Shown here piece after piece: positions 8,506-18,707 of a stretch of 54,451 bases of DNA (the stretch's first letter is position 1; each line of letters starts with the position of its first letter). The DNA is taken from NCBI GenBank assembly GCA_964600995.1, contig CAZRLU010000001.1, positions 6,745-61,195 on the forward strand. The letters are read 5' to 3'. A program made the translations under genes and the position numbers. The notes under the pieces are model-generated. The model was not told where the DNA came from and searched no databases. It saw nothing but the letters and a program-made list of their open reading frames with translations. The DNA comes from an uncultured Oscillospiraceae bacterium. Lineage in GTDB: Bacteria > Bacillota > Clostridia > Christensenellales > Aristaeellaceae.

Positions 8506-11500
8506 ATGCTTTTCAAAAAAATCCGTTCCATGAATATTACCGTTGTGGGAAGTTTGCTTCTGGCGATTGTATTGGTCACTGGAACGATCTGGATGGGCCG
8601 CAGCGCGCAGGAGGATACCCAGGAGGCCGTGCGCTCCGTCAGCCTGCTGTATCTGGATGAGCTGGCCGGACGAAGAGAACAGGTTGTTGAAAACAATCTG
8701 AAGGAAAGAATTGAAACGATCCAGGTTGCAATTGATCTCATGACGGAAGCGGATCTGAGCGACAAAGCGCATCTCGAAGCCTACCAGGCGCATATGAAGC
8801 AGCTTTACAAGCTGGAAAGATTTGCGTTTGTGGATACAGACGGCCTGATCTATACCTCAACCGGCATGGAAGATAATATTGATGAATACAGGTTTGATTA
8901 TAAAACGCTTTCGCAGCCTGATATTTCTCTTTTCGGAAGCCCGGATTCTGATAATAAGGTGATCATCGCGGTACCTGTGAAGATGCGCTTTCAAGGTAAA
9001 ACGCTTTCAGTTTGCTTTATGTCCATGGCGATGGAAGAAATGCTTACGGGCGTATCCATGACGACGAATACAGGAGGAGCGACCTTCTGCAATCTGTATA
9101 CGAATGATGGAAAGGCGCTTACCAATGCGGTTCTGGGCGGACTTGCCGAGGAAGATAATCTGCTGGATGCGATGCTGATAGCTGATTTTGAGCAACCGTA
9201 TTCCTACGGTCAATTCACCGAAGAATTCCAGTCCGGAAGCCGGGGAGTCGTATCCTTTGTATACAACGGGATCCGTGAAACGCTGACCTATATTCCTGTG
9301 GGAGGAACGGACTGGCAGCTGACTTATCTGATCAGAGAAAGTGTCATCAGTGACCGCATCAGCGCGATTTCAAACCGCACAATTCAGAGAAGCCTGCTGC
9401 AGTCCGGTCTGACCCTGCTTATCATGACTCTGATGTTCATCGGAACTTTATTGCAGGTAAAAAGGAACAATACCCTGATGCTGGAAAGAGAAACGTCTGA
9501 GACGGAAAACCGTGTGAAACAGCAGGAGCTTGAACACAGGCTGGATCTGCAGAACCGGCTGCTTGAGGAAACCCGATACAGGGAGCAGCAGGATGAGATG
9601 ATTACCGCACTTTCATCTGATTACTGGAGCGTATATTATATCGAACTGGACAAGGATGAAGGAACCTGCTACCGTTCCCATGCGGACCTCGATCATTCCG
9701 GATTCAAGGTCGGAGAAAGGTTCCCTTACCTGAGAAGTGTTGAGGATTATGCCAAAAGGTATGTTGCGGATGAAAACAGGAAAGAGTTTCTTGAATTCGT
9801 TTCGCCTGCTTCCATACGTCGGAACCTGTGCACTCAGCAGGTCATTTCCTACACCTATAAGGTACACAGGCATGGGGGCGGACTTTATGAAACGGTCCGG
9901 TTTGCCTGTGTCCGTCGGTCGGATGAGATGGATGGGGAAGAAGTGAACAGGGTCGGAGCGTGCTTTGTGAATGTGGATTCAGAAATCCGCGAAGTGATGG
10001 CGCAAAGACAGGCCCTGAGTGACGCCCTTACATCGGCACAGGAAGCCAACAAAGCAAAAACAGCATTTCTTTCCAACATGAGTCACGAGATCCGCACGCC
10101 TATGAACGCAATCATCGGACTGAACAACATTGCGCTTCATGATCCGGAGATTTCGGAGAAAACGAGAAATTACCTGGAAAAAATCGGATCTTCCGCCGAG
10201 CATCTGCTTCAGCTGATCAACGATATTCTGGATATGTCTCGGATAGAATCCGGACGTATGATGCTGAAGAAGGAAGAGTTTTCTTTCCGGAAACTTCTGG
10301 AAGCCATCAATACGATGTTCAGCAGCCAATGCGCAGAGAAGGGGTTGGAATATCAATGCCGTCTGATGAATGAAATCTCTGATTTCTATATTGGCGATGA
10401 TATGAAACTCCGTCAGATTTTGATCAATATTCTCGGAAATGCGGTCAAATTCACGCCAAAGGGCGGCAAGGTCGAGCTGGAAGTGATATGCAAGGCGCAG
10501 TATGGCGGAAAGTCCGCGATATGCTTTACCGTTTCCGATACCGGTATCGGAATGAGCAAGGATTTTATTCCGCACATTTTCGATACGTTTACCCAGGAGG
10601 ATTCCTCTACAACCAGTAAATACGGAAGTTCCGGTCTGGGCCTTGCCATTACCAAAAACATAGTGGAAATGATGAACGGAGATATCCAGGTTGAGAGTGA
10701 AAAAGGAAAAGGCTCCAGGTTTATCGTGACCGTAACGCTGGATGATTCCTCCCGGACCGAGGCGGAGAGTTCGCTGAATGAAATTCATCCCAATAATATG
10801 ACGGCCCTGATTGTTGACGATGACCCGATTGCCAGGGAACATGCAGCCTTGGTTCTGGAAAAGATCGGAATCGCAGCAGAGACCGCGCCTTCCGGAGTGA
10901 AAGCGCTTGAAATGGTACGGCTGCGCCAAGCCAGGATGAAACCCTACAATCTGATCCTGATGGACTGGCAGATGCCGGAAATGGATGGGATTGAAGCAAC
11001 TCGCAGGATCCGTTCCGTTGTCGGAAACGAATCTGCCATCATCATCCTGACGGCCTATAAATGGGATGATGTTTTGCCTGAAGCACTGCAGGCCGGAGTG
11101 GACAGTTTTCTGCCCAAGCCGATTTTTGCTTCCACGGTTTTGGAGGAATACAAGTCTGCACTTAACAGAAAGAATCAAACGGGAAAGAATGAAAATGCCG
11201 CAGAAAAGCTGAAAGGAAAGCGGATTCTGCTTGCGGAGGATATGCAGATCAACGCTGAAATAATCATGATGGTGCTGCAGATGAGGGAGATTGAAACGGA
11301 TCATGCCGTGAACGGGAAAGAGGCGGTGGAAATGTTTGCAAATCATCCCGCGAGGTATTACGATGCCATTCTGATGGATATGCGGATGCCGGAGATGGAC
11401 GGGCTGGAAGCCACACGGAGAATCCGTGCCATGAACCGGGAGGACGCCGGAAATATTCCGATCATTGCTCTTACGGCAAATGCCTTTGATGAAGACGTAC

Positions 11501-11595
11501 AGAGAAGTCTTCAGGCCGGGCTTAATGCGCACCTCAGCAAGCCCGTGCAGCCGGAGTCACTGTTTGAAACGCTGGAGAACCTGATCCATCTCTGA
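8506..11595 (+). CDS. Membrane hybrid sensor histidine kinase with two receiver domains
   Basis: Two TMs flank an extracellular (Cache-like) region. H-box MSHEIRTPMN, N-box ILGNAVKFT, DTGIGM, GLGLAI. REC1 LMDWQMPEMDG, REC2 LMDMRMPEMDG. Start chosen after GGAGG. Confidence 0.92.
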   Translation: MLFKKIRSMNITVVGSLLLAIVLVTGTIWMGRSAQEDTQEAVRSVSLLYLDELAGRREQVVENNLKERIETIQVAIDLMTEADLSDKAHLEAYQAHMKQLYKLERFAFVDTDGLIYTSTGMEDNIDEYRFDYKTLSQPDISLFGSPDSDNKVIIAVPVKMRFQGKTLSVCFMSMAMEEMLTGVSMTTNTGGATFCNLYTNDGKALTNAVLGGLAEEDNLLDAMLIADFEQPYSYGQFTEEFQSGSRGVVSFVYNGIRETLTYIPVGGTDWQLTYLIRESVISDRISAISNRTIQRSLLQSGLTLLIMTLMFIGTLLQVKRNNTLMLERETSETENRVKQQELEHRLDLQNRLLEETRYREQQDEMITALSSDYWSVYYIELDKDEGTCYRSHADLDHSGFKVGERFPYLRSVEDYAKRYVADENRKEFLEFVSPASIRRNLCTQQVISYTYKVHRHGGGLYETVRFACVRRSDEMDGEEVNRVGACFVNVDSEIREVMAQRQALSDALTSAQEANKAKTAFLSNMSHEIRTPMNAIIGLNNIALHDPEISEKTRNYLEKIGSSAEHLLQLINDILDMSRIESGRMMLKKEEFSFRKLLEAINTMFSSQCAEKGLEYQCRLMNEISDFYIGDDMKLRQILINILGNAVKFTPKGGKVELEVICKAQYGGKSAICFTVSDTGIGMSKDFIPHIFDTFTQEDSSTTSKYGSSGLGLAITKNIVEMMNGDIQVESEKGKGSRFIVTVTLDDSSRTEAESSLNEIHPNNMTALIVDDDPIAREHAALVLEKIGIAAETAPSGVKALEMVRLRQARMKPYNLILMDWQMPEMDGIEATRRIRSVVGNESAIIILTAYKWDDVLPEALQAGVDSFLPKPIFASTVLEEYKSALNRKNQTGKNENAAEKLKGKRILLAEDMQINAEIIMMVLQMREIETDHAVNGKEAVEMFANHPARYYDAILMDMRMPEMDGLEATRRIRAMNREDAGNIPIIALTANAFDEDVQRSLQAGLNAHLSKPVQPESLFETLENLIHL

Positions 11596-11706
11596 TTCTT
11601 TCGGAAACCAGCGGCAATTAACCGGGTAGAATAACTATACGTCAGAGAAGTGACACGAAGGACCGCAAATCAGATGGCATAAAGATATGAACCGGGAATG
11701 CCAGGC

Positions 11707-11735
11707 TTGAGCAAAGCCCTCCGCTGTGATATAAT
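11707..11735 (+). promoter_or_regulatory. Putative sigma-A promoter of ychF
   Basis: TTGAGC-17 nt-TATAAT with extended TG. Confidence 0.6.
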
Positions 11736-11832
11736 CGGTCACGCTGCGGCCGGGGGTTCAGAGGCTCAGAGAAAAGCGCGGAAGCTTGCCTGGCCGGAGC
11801 TGCTTCGAGATCATCAGAAGAGAGGGTATGAT

Positions 11833-12930
11833 ATGAAACTGGGTGTTGTGGGACTTCCGAATGTTGGCAAGAGCACTCTGTTCAATGCGATCACAAAGGC
11901 GGGTGCACAGGCGGAAAACTATCCATTCTGCACGATCGAGCCCAACACGGGCGTTGTAACGGTTCCGGATCATCGGCTTCAGGTGCTTGCGGAGATGTAT
12001 CATCCCAAGAAAGTAACGCCGACCACTATTGAGTTTGTGGATATCGCAGGTCTGGTTAAGGGCGCAAGCCGGGGAGAGGGCCTGGGCAACAAATTCCTGA
12101 GCCATATCCGGGAAGTGGATGCCATCGTTCATGTCGTGCGCTGCTTTGAAAACGATGAAATCATTCATGTGGATGGCTCTGTGGATCCGGTGCGGGATAT
12201 CGAGACGATCAATCTTGAACTGATCTTCGCGGATCTGGAAACCGTTCAGCGCAGGAAGGACAAAGCCCAGAAAAACCTCAGAGGCGGAGACAAGCATGCC
12301 GCCGCTGAAGCGGAGCTGGCGGATGCGATCCTCAGCCATCTGGAGAAGGGGCTTCCGGCGAGAACCTATCCGGCCGATGAGGATGAAAAAGCGATCCTTG
12401 CCTCCTGGTTTCTGCTGACGACGAAACCGGTCATTTATGCCGCAAACATTTCTGAGGACGACCTTGGAAAAAGCGAGGACGAAATCCCGTTCCTGGGTGA
12501 AATCAAAAGGATTGCCGCTGCTGAAAATGCGGAGATCATTGTGATTTCTGCTGCCATTGAAGAAGAGATCGCTCAGATGAGCCCGGAGGAAAAAGCAGAA
12601 TTCATTGAGGGGCTTGGCATCGGACAGAGCGGTCTGGACCGGCTGATCACCGCCTGCTATCATCTGCTGGGGCTGATCTCCTTTCTGACGGCCGGAGAGG
12701 ATGAATGCCGGGCCTGGACCATTACCAAGGGGACCAAAGCGCCTCAGGCTGCAGGAAAGATCCATACGGATTTTGAGAAGGGTTTCATCCGGGCTGAGAT
12801 TATTCCCTTCGATACGCTTGCCGAGCTTGGCAGCATGGCAGCCTGCCGTGAAAAGGGGCTGATCCGCAGCGAAGGAAAAGAATATGTCATGAAGGACGGG
12901 GATATTGCTCTGTTCAGATTCAACGTGTGA
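11833..12930 (+). CDS. ychF: Redox-regulated ATPase YchF
   Basis: [29 protein letters not shown]-terminal TGS domain ending FRFNV. Confidence 0.97.
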   Translation: MKLGVVGLPNVGKSTLFNAITKAGAQAENYPFCTIEPNTGVVTVPDHRLQVLAEMYHPKKVTPTTIEFVDIAGLVKGASRGEGLGNKFLSHIREVDAIVHVVRCFENDEIIHVDGSVDPVRDIETINLELIFADLETVQRRKDKAQKNLRGGDKHAAAEAELADAILSHLEKGLPARTYPADEDEKAILASWFLLTTKPVIYAANISEDDLGKSEDEIPFLGEIKRIAAAENAEIIVISAAIEEEIAQMSPEEKAEFIEGLGIGQSGLDRLITACYHLLGLISFLTAGEDECRAWTITKGTKAPQAAGKIHTDFEKGFIRAEIIPFDTLAELGSMAACREKGLIRSEGKEYVMKDGDIALFRFNV

Positions 12931-12950
12931 TTTGCGGGGGAGGCGAGACA

Positions 12951-13961
12951 GTGTCCCGTTTGCGTTATTTCTGGAACCGCCTGGTGAAAATGGACTGGAA
13001 GGCCATGTGGAAGACCACGGGGCTTCTGAAGGAAAGAAGCGGAAAAAGCCGGATATGGCTGCTCGCAGATATGCTGAAATGCGGGATCCGTTACAATGCA
13101 GGCTATATTGATTATAAGATCGCCCAGATGTACCGGCTGAACGATGCCCAGCGGAAAACGGTCATCACGAGGGGAATTTCCAATGAAATTGTTCGTCGGA
13201 TGAATCCGAAGGAGTATTGGCATACCTTTGATGACAAAACGGAGTTCAACCGGGTTTTTGCAAAATGGATTCCACGGAAATGGCTCCGGATTGATGACAG
13301 TACCTCCGCAGAGGAACTGGACGCATTGTGCCGCCGGAACGAAGCGCTGCTCGGAAAGCCGCTGGAGGGATCCAGCGGTGTGGGAATCCTGAAATACACA
13401 AAGGAACAGTGGGCGTCCGGCCCGGAGGCTTTTCTGAAGAAGCTGCGCGAGGACGGAATCGGAATTCTGGAAGAGCTAGTTGTGCAGCATCCCGCCATGG
13501 CATCGCTGTGTCCGACCTCAGTCAATACCTGCAGAATTGCCACGCTGATGGGCGATAAACAGGAAGGAATTGTTTATGCATTTCTGCGGATCGGGAACGG
13601 AAAAGTGATGGATAACGTGGATTGCGGCGGTATGGCAGCCCGAATCGATATTGAATCCGGCAAGCTTCTTACCGTAGGTGCCGATAAGATGGGTAATACC
13701 TTCAGGAAGCATCCCATGACGCATGCCGATATCGTCGGCTTTGAGATTCCTTTCTGGGACGAAGCAAAACGGATCTGTCTGGAGGCTGCGAAGGTGATTC
13801 CCCAGATGCGTTTTATCGCCTGGGATGTGGCCATTACCGCCGACGGACCTACCTTTATTGAAGGCAACAGCTTCCCGAGTCATGCGATTCCTCAGTTTGC
13901 CGCCCATTATCCGGACGGCATCGGAATTCTGCCGGAATTCGAAAAATTTATTGATCTGTAA
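12951..13961 (+). CDS. Sugar-transfer-associated ATP-grasp domain protein
   Basis: DDKTEF, KPLEGSSGVGI, SVNTCRI, DNVDCGG, IAWDVAI, FIEGN. GTG start after GGGAGG. Confidence 0.75.
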   Translation: MSRLRYFWNRLVKMDWKAMWKTTGLLKERSGKSRIWLLADMLKCGIRYNAGYIDYKIAQMYRLNDAQRKTVITRGISNEIVRRMNPKEYWHTFDDKTEFNRVFAKWIPRKWLRIDDSTSAEELDALCRRNEALLGKPLEGSSGVGILKYTKEQWASGPEAFLKKLREDGIGILEELVVQHPAMASLCPTSVNTCRIATLMGDKQEGIVYAFLRIGNGKVMDNVDCGGMAARIDIESGKLLTVGADKMGNTFRKHPMTHADIVGFEIPFWDEAKRICLEAAKVIPQMRFIAWDVAITADGPTFIEGNSFPSHAIPQFAAHYPDGIGILPEFEKFIDL

Positions 13962-13963
13962 CC

Positions 13964-13992
13964 TTGAAATTTGATAAGACTTGTGATAAACT
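13964..13992 (+). promoter_or_regulatory. Putative sigma-A promoter of rplS
   Basis: TTGAAA-17 nt-TAAACT with extended TG. Confidence 0.55.
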
Positions 13993-14002
13993 TTAGAAGT
14001 TA

Positions 14003-14073
14003 TGCGGGCGTTCCTCTGGCCTGGTCCTGGCGCCTGTCCGTTCGGACGGGTGGGCAGGTGAACGAACGTCTGA
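14003..14073 (+). ncRNA. Ribosomal protein L19 leader (autoregulatory 5' UTR)
   Basis: Outer stem CGGGCGTTC/GAACGTCTG with internal TTCCTCTG...TGAAC elements, directly upstream of rplS. Confidence 0.7.
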
Positions 14074-14092
14074 GAGGGAAGGAGGCAGTGTT

Positions 14093-14443
14093 ATGAACGA
14101 GATTATTCGCTCTATTGAAGCAAAGCAGATTCGCTCTGATCTTCCGCAGATCAACGTTGGCGACACGGTTCGCGTGTGGGTCAAGGTTGTGGAAGGAAGC
14201 CGGGAGCGTCTGCAGGCCTTCGAAGGTACCGTGATTGCGAAGCGCAACGGCGGAATCCGTGAAACCTTTACGGTTCGTCGCGTTTCCTACGGCATCGGCG
14301 TCGAACGTACATTCCCGATCCATTCTCCGAGAGTTGATCACGTGGAAATGATCCGCCACGGCAGAGTGCGCCGCGCGAAGCTGTATTATCTTCGCGACCG
14401 GCAGGGCAAGGCGGCCAAGATCAAGGAAGTCAAGCGTGTTTGA
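14093..14443 (+). CDS. rplS: 50S ribosomal protein L19
   Basis: [32 protein letters not shown]. Confidence 0.99.
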   Translation: MNEIIRSIEAKQIRSDLPQINVGDTVRVWVKVVEGSRERLQAFEGTVIAKRNGGIRETFTVRRVSYGIGVERTFPIHSPRVDHVEMIRHGRVRRAKLYYLRDRQGKAAKIKEVKRV

Positions 14444-14503
14444 TTTCCAGGGCCTCCTTTGTTCCGGGGATCCCCGGAGGGATGACCGGAAGAACAGAAA
14501 ATG

Positions 14504-14531
14504 GGAGAAAGCTTTGGCTTTCTCCTTTTTT
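14504..14531 (+). terminator. Intrinsic terminator of rplS
   Basis: GGAGAAAGC-TTTG-GCTTTCTCC followed by a T-tract. Confidence 0.8.
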
Positions 14532-14576
14532 CGTTTCCTGATTCAGACCGGCCGGCGGATCAATCCGGTCATTTTC

Positions 14577-14605
14577 TTGCAATCCTTTCGCGAAATGCAT
14601 ATAAT
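14577..14605 (+). promoter_or_regulatory. Putative sigma-A promoter
   Basis: TTGCAA-17 nt-TATAAT. Confidence 0.65.
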
Positions 14606-14632
14606 AGGAATGGTTTTTTGGAGGTGCTGGGG

Positions 14633-15313
14633 ATGTTTACCGGTTTTACGGATGAAACGGTCCGATTTCTGATGGATCTGCGATTTCATAATTATGCAGA
14701 ATACTTTCATGCCAATCATGACAGGTATGTGGAAGAGGTCCAGCAGCCCTTTTACAGGCTGATTGAGGATCTGGCTCCGGCAGCGTTGAAAATTGATCCG
14801 GAAATGGAGATCAGGCCTCATAAATGCCTTTCCAGGATTCATCGGGATACGCGGTTCAGCAGGGACAAGAGTCCGTATCGGGATCATCATTGGTTTTTAT
14901 TCCGGAGAAGCGCGGAGCCGCGGGAGAAATCCCTCTTCTTTTTCGGGGAATTCGGTCCGGATCAGTTGGGCTGGGGCATGGGAATCTGGGGCGAAAACCG
15001 GGAAGTTCTGGATGTTTTCCGGAAAAAGATCGTCGCAAACCCCGATGGAATTCAGGCGTTGATTCATGATATGGATCTTCCGGAAAGGCATCTGGGGCTT
15101 GGAGGAACCTTTCATAAGCGCATGCCTGTTCCCGAATCGGTTCCTTCCGGGCTTTCCAGATGGTATCTGAGTAAGGAAATGTATATCGGGAAAGTGGATC
15201 CGGAGCGGAGGATCGCTTTTTCCGATCGGCTGAGAAAGGAAATGGAATCTGATTTCCTGGCTATGGCGCCTTTGTATCGTTTGCTTCGTGGAATCTATGA
15301 TGAAAAGAAATAA
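14633..15313 (+). CDS. DUF2461 family protein
   Basis: MFTGF..FL.DL..HN...F, RIHRDTRFSRDKSPY. ATG after GGAGG. Confidence 0.8.
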   Translation: MFTGFTDETVRFLMDLRFHNYAEYFHANHDRYVEEVQQPFYRLIEDLAPAALKIDPEMEIRPHKCLSRIHRDTRFSRDKSPYRDHHWFLFRRSAEPREKSLFFFGEFGPDQLGWGMGIWGENREVLDVFRKKIVANPDGIQALIHDMDLPERHLGLGGTFHKRMPVPESVPSGLSRWYLSKEMYIGKVDPERRIAFSDRLRKEMESDFLAMAPLYRLLRGIYDEKK

Positions 15314-15333
15314 ATAAAGAAATACAGGGGAGG

Positions 15334-16857
15334 ATGATCACAGTGGAATGGCTGAAACTGAAAAGCGGTTCGGATGTACGGGGAGTTGCCTGCGGGGATG
15401 ACGCGGTGATCACAGATCAGGTGGCGATGACGCTGGGATTTGTCTTTGCACGGAGACTGGCCAGACAGCTGAATAAAAGCGTGGAATCGGTTACGGTGGC
15501 CCTGGGGCGGGACAGCAGAATTACCGGCCCGTCTCTGCTGCAGGCCACGGCAGAAGGAATCTGCCGCGCCGGAGCTCATGCTGTCAGCTTTGATATGTGC
15601 ACCACGCCGGCGATGTATATGGCCATCATTACTCCCGGGTATGAACCGGACGGGTCGATCATGATTACCGCCAGCCACCATCCCTGGAACAGGAACGGGT
15701 TAAAGTTCTTTACCCAGGCGGGGGGAATTGAAGGCAGGGATGTGGAAGAAATACTCCGCGATGCGCAGACGGCAAATCCGGAGGACTTTCCGGTGCGCGG
15801 GACGGTGGAGAACAAGCCGTTTCTTCCGGAATATACAAGGCAGCTGGCTGAAAGAATCAGAAAAGGTCTGGGGCAGGAGGACAATCCCGCTCCGCTGACA
15901 GGGCTGCATGTTGCCGTGGACGCCGGTAACGGAGCGGGCGGGTTTTATGCCGCCATGCTGAAGGAGCTGGGCGCGGACACGGAGGGAAGTCAGTTTTTGG
16001 ATCCGGACGGAATGTTTCCGAATCATATTCCGAATCCGGAGAACCCGGATGCAATCAGAAGCATCTGCAACGCCGTGCTGCGTTCCCAGGCGGATCTGGG
16101 CGTGATTTTTGATACGGATTGCGACAGGGCTGCGGTGGTGGACCGGGACGGACGGGAAATCAACCGCAACCGGCTGATTGCCCTGATCAGTGCAATTCTG
16201 CTGGAAGAAAAGCCGGGACAGACCATTGTTACGGATTCCGTAACCTCTTCCGGTCTGAGAAAGTTCATTGAGTCGCATGGCGGGACCCATTACCGCTATA
16301 AGCGGGGCTACCGCAATGTGATAGATGAGGCCGTCCGACTCAACGCTGAAGGGGTGGAATGTCCTCTGGCCATCGAAACGAGCGGACACGCGGCCCTGAA
16401 GGAAAACCATTTCCTGGATGACGGGATGTACCTTGTTACCCTTCTGATCATCCGGGCAATGAAGCTGAAGCAGCAGGGGAAAACCCTGGGATCTCTGATT
16501 CAGTCTCTTGGAGAGCCTGTGGAAAGTGAAGAGATCAGGCTGAATATCACGGAAGAGAATTTCCGTCAGAAGGGCGAGGAAGCGATTCAGCGCATTCTGG
16601 ACTATGAAAAGAAATCGGATCTCTGGCATCTGGCCCCGGATAACAGGGAAGGGGTCCGCGTTTCCTTCAATCTGGATGGAAAAGAGGAATCCGGATGGTT
16701 CCTGCTCCGTCTGAGCGTGCATGATCCGGTGCTGCCGCTGAACTGCGAGAGCGATGTACCCGGAGGTGCCCGGAAGATGCTGGAGGAGATCTATGCCGTA
16801 CTGAAAGGACTGGATGGCGTGGATCTTGCTCCTTTACGGAAAAAAATCGAAAACTAA
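15334..16857 (+). CDS. Phosphomannomutase/phosphoglucomutase
   Basis: SGSDVRG, phosphoserine motif ITASH, metal loop FDTDCDR, IETSGH. Confidence 0.9.
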   Translation: MITVEWLKLKSGSDVRGVACGDDAVITDQVAMTLGFVFARRLARQLNKSVESVTVALGRDSRITGPSLLQATAEGICRAGAHAVSFDMCTTPAMYMAIITPGYEPDGSIMITASHHPWNRNGLKFFTQAGGIEGRDVEEILRDAQTANPEDFPVRGTVENKPFLPEYTRQLAERIRKGLGQEDNPAPLTGLHVAVDAGNGAGGFYAAMLKELGADTEGSQFLDPDGMFPNHIPNPENPDAIRSICNAVLRSQADLGVIFDTDCDRAAVVDRDGREINRNRLIALISAILLEEKPGQTIVTDSVTSSGLRKFIESHGGTHYRYKRGYRNVIDEAVRLNAEGVECPLAIETSGHAALKENHFLDDGMYLVTLLIIRAMKLKQQGKTLGSLIQSLGEPVESEEIRLNITEENFRQKGEEAIQRILDYEKKSDLWHLAPDNREGVRVSFNLDGKEESGWFLLRLSVHDPVLPLNCESDVPGGARKMLEEIYAVLKGLDGVDLAPLRKKIEN

Positions 16858-16875
16858 CTCAGGACAGGAGAATAC

Positions 16876-17724
16876 ATGGATATCAACTGGTACCCGGGGC
16901 ATATGGCCAAGACCAGGCGCAGCCTGGAAAAACAGATTTCCCAGGTGGATCTGATCATCGAGCTGTGCGACGCACGGCTGCCGCTTTCCAGCAGGAATCC
17001 GGATCTGGACAGGATGATTCGCGGCAGAAACCGGATCCTGATCATGACCAAGGCGGATCTGGCGGATCCGGCGGTAAGCGCCGGATGGCTGTGCCACTTC
17101 CGGAAGGATGGGCTGCGGGTCAGCCTTGTTCAGTCCAATACCATCAAGTCCAAGGATGCTCTGAAGGAAATTGAAAACGCAACCCGCAGCCTGGTGGAAG
17201 CAGCCGCCCTCCGCGGCGTCCGGAAGACGGTACGCGCCATGGTGGTGGGTGTTCCGAATGTGGGAAAGAGCACCTATATCAACAGATTGAGGAATGCGCA
17301 CATTGCCCAGACCGGGGACAGACCGGGGGTTACCCGAAGCAATCAATGGATTCGGGTTTCTCCCTATCTGGAACTGCTGGATACTCCCGGACTTCTGTGG
17401 CCCAGGCTCGATGATCCGCAGGCTGCGCGAAAACTGAGCTATCTGGGGACAATCCGAGACGAGATCCTGAATCTGGAAGATCTGGCGCTGTATCTGCTGA
17501 ACGATCTTGCAGAGCTGATCCCCGACAGAGTGGCAGAAAGGTTCCATATCAGTGATATGTCCGTACGGGGCGTGGAGCTGATGGATTCGGTGTGCATCGG
17601 GAGAGGGTTTCTGCGCCGTGGCAATGAACCGGATTATGAAAGGTGCGCGAAGGTGGTACTGGATGAATTCAGAGCCGGAAAGCTCGGACGCATAACGCTT
17701 GAGAAACCGGAAGGAGAGAAATAA
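16876..17724 (+). CDS. rbgA: Ribosome biogenesis GTPase RbgA (YlqF)
   Basis: INWYPGHMAK, DARLPLSSRNP, TKAD, GVPNVGKST, DTPG (circularly permuted GTPase). Confidence 0.96.
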   Translation: MDINWYPGHMAKTRRSLEKQISQVDLIIELCDARLPLSSRNPDLDRMIRGRNRILIMTKADLADPAVSAGWLCHFRKDGLRVSLVQSNTIKSKDALKEIENATRSLVEAAALRGVRKTVRAMVVGVPNVGKSTYINRLRNAHIAQTGDRPGVTRSNQWIRVSPYLELLDTPGLLWPRLDDPQAARKLSYLGTIRDEILNLEDLALYLLNDLAELIPDRVAERFHISDMSVRGVELMDSVCIGRGFLRRGNEPDYERCAKVVLDEFRAGKLGRITLEKPEGEK

Positions 17725-18342
17725 TTGGCGGGGACCGGAAAAAGCAGGGAGGAAAGAGCCCGGCAGCTGCTGGATTTCGACAGCCGGTATGTAGGGATCG
17801 TGGCCGGAATGGATGAAGCCGGCCGGGGCCCTCTGGCCGGGGATGTGATTGCAGCCTGCGTTGTGATGCCTCGGGATCCGGTCATTTACTGGGTGGATGA
17901 CAGCAAGAAGCTCAGCGAAAAGCGCCGGGAGTCCGTTTTCGAGGAGATTCTCGGCTGCGCTGTCCATATCGGAATCGGAAGGAGCACGCCGCAGGAAATC
18001 GATGAAATCAATATCCTTGAGGCCACCAGGAAGGCGATGAGGGAAGCTGCAGCCCAGGTTCCTGCGGAGATCTTCCTGATTGACGCCGTGAAGGACCTCG
18101 GACTGCATGGAAGGGAATGTGCTTTGATCAAAGGCGACGCGCTTTCCTATGCCATTGCCGCGGCAAGCATTGTCGCGAAAGTGACCCGGGACCGGGAGAT
18201 CCGGAAGCTTCACGAGCGCTATCCGCAATACGGCTTTATTCGCAACAAGGGGTATGGAACGGCTGAGCATATTGAAGCACTGAAAAAATATGGCCCATGC
18301 CCCATCCATCGGAAGACATTTATAGGGCATTTTGTACCATGA
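17725..18342 (+). CDS. rnhB: Ribonuclease HII
   Basis: GMDEAGRGPLAG, DSKKLS, IAAASIVAKVTRD, NKGYGT. Confidence 0.96.
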   Translation: MAGTGKSREERARQLLDFDSRYVGIVAGMDEAGRGPLAGDVIAACVVMPRDPVIYWVDDSKKLSEKRRESVFEEILGCAVHIGIGRSTPQEIDEINILEATRKAMREAAAQVPAEIFLIDAVKDLGLHGRECALIKGDALSYAIAAASIVAKVTRDREIRKLHERYPQYGFIRNKGYGTAEHIEALKKYGPCPIHRKTFIGHFVP

Positions 18343-18707
18343 AAAAAGTCACCTATGAAGCCGGCCTTCAGGGAGAGGAAATTGCGAAGGATTACCTGAT
18401 CCGGAAGGGGATGCGGTGTATTGAAACCAGGTACCGGGAAAAGCCCGGTGAAATCGATCTGATCATGGAGGACGGGGATACCGTTGTTTTCGTGGAGGTC
18501 AAAGCCCGCTTTTCCCAGCGACAGCAGGGCTTCGGGCTGAGTGCGGTCACGCCCGCCAAGCAGAAAAAAATCGCCAGGGCTGCGGTACTGTTTCTTGCCA
18601 GGAAAAACTGGCTGAAACGGGCGGTCCGCTTCGACGTCCTGGAGATCAATCAGGAGCAGATCCTGCATATTCCCAATGCATTTCAGCCAGGAGGCATGAT
18701 GTTTTGA
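18339..18707 (+). CDS. yraN: YraN family nuclease
   Basis: G..GE..A..YL, GEIDLI, VFVEVK, RFDV. ATGA overlap with rnhB. Confidence 0.92.
   Translation: MKKVTYEAGLQGEEIAKDYLIRKGMRCIETRYREKPGEIDLIMEDGDTVVFVEVKARFSQRQQGFGLSAVTPAKQKKIARAAVLFLARKNWLKRAVRFDVLEINQEQILHIPNAFQPGGMMF

Noticed and set aside
9979-11532. 517-aa minus-strand ORF
   Set aside because: Shadow of the histidine kinase. Long antisense frames are expected at this codon bias.
11741-11832. Possible structured ychF leader (CGGCCGGG/CCTGGCCG pairing)
   Set aside because: A single GC-rich stem, easily produced by chance, with no known motif.
16834-18330. 498-aa minus-strand ORF
   Set aside because: Lies opposite rbgA and rnhB, with no protein-like motifs.
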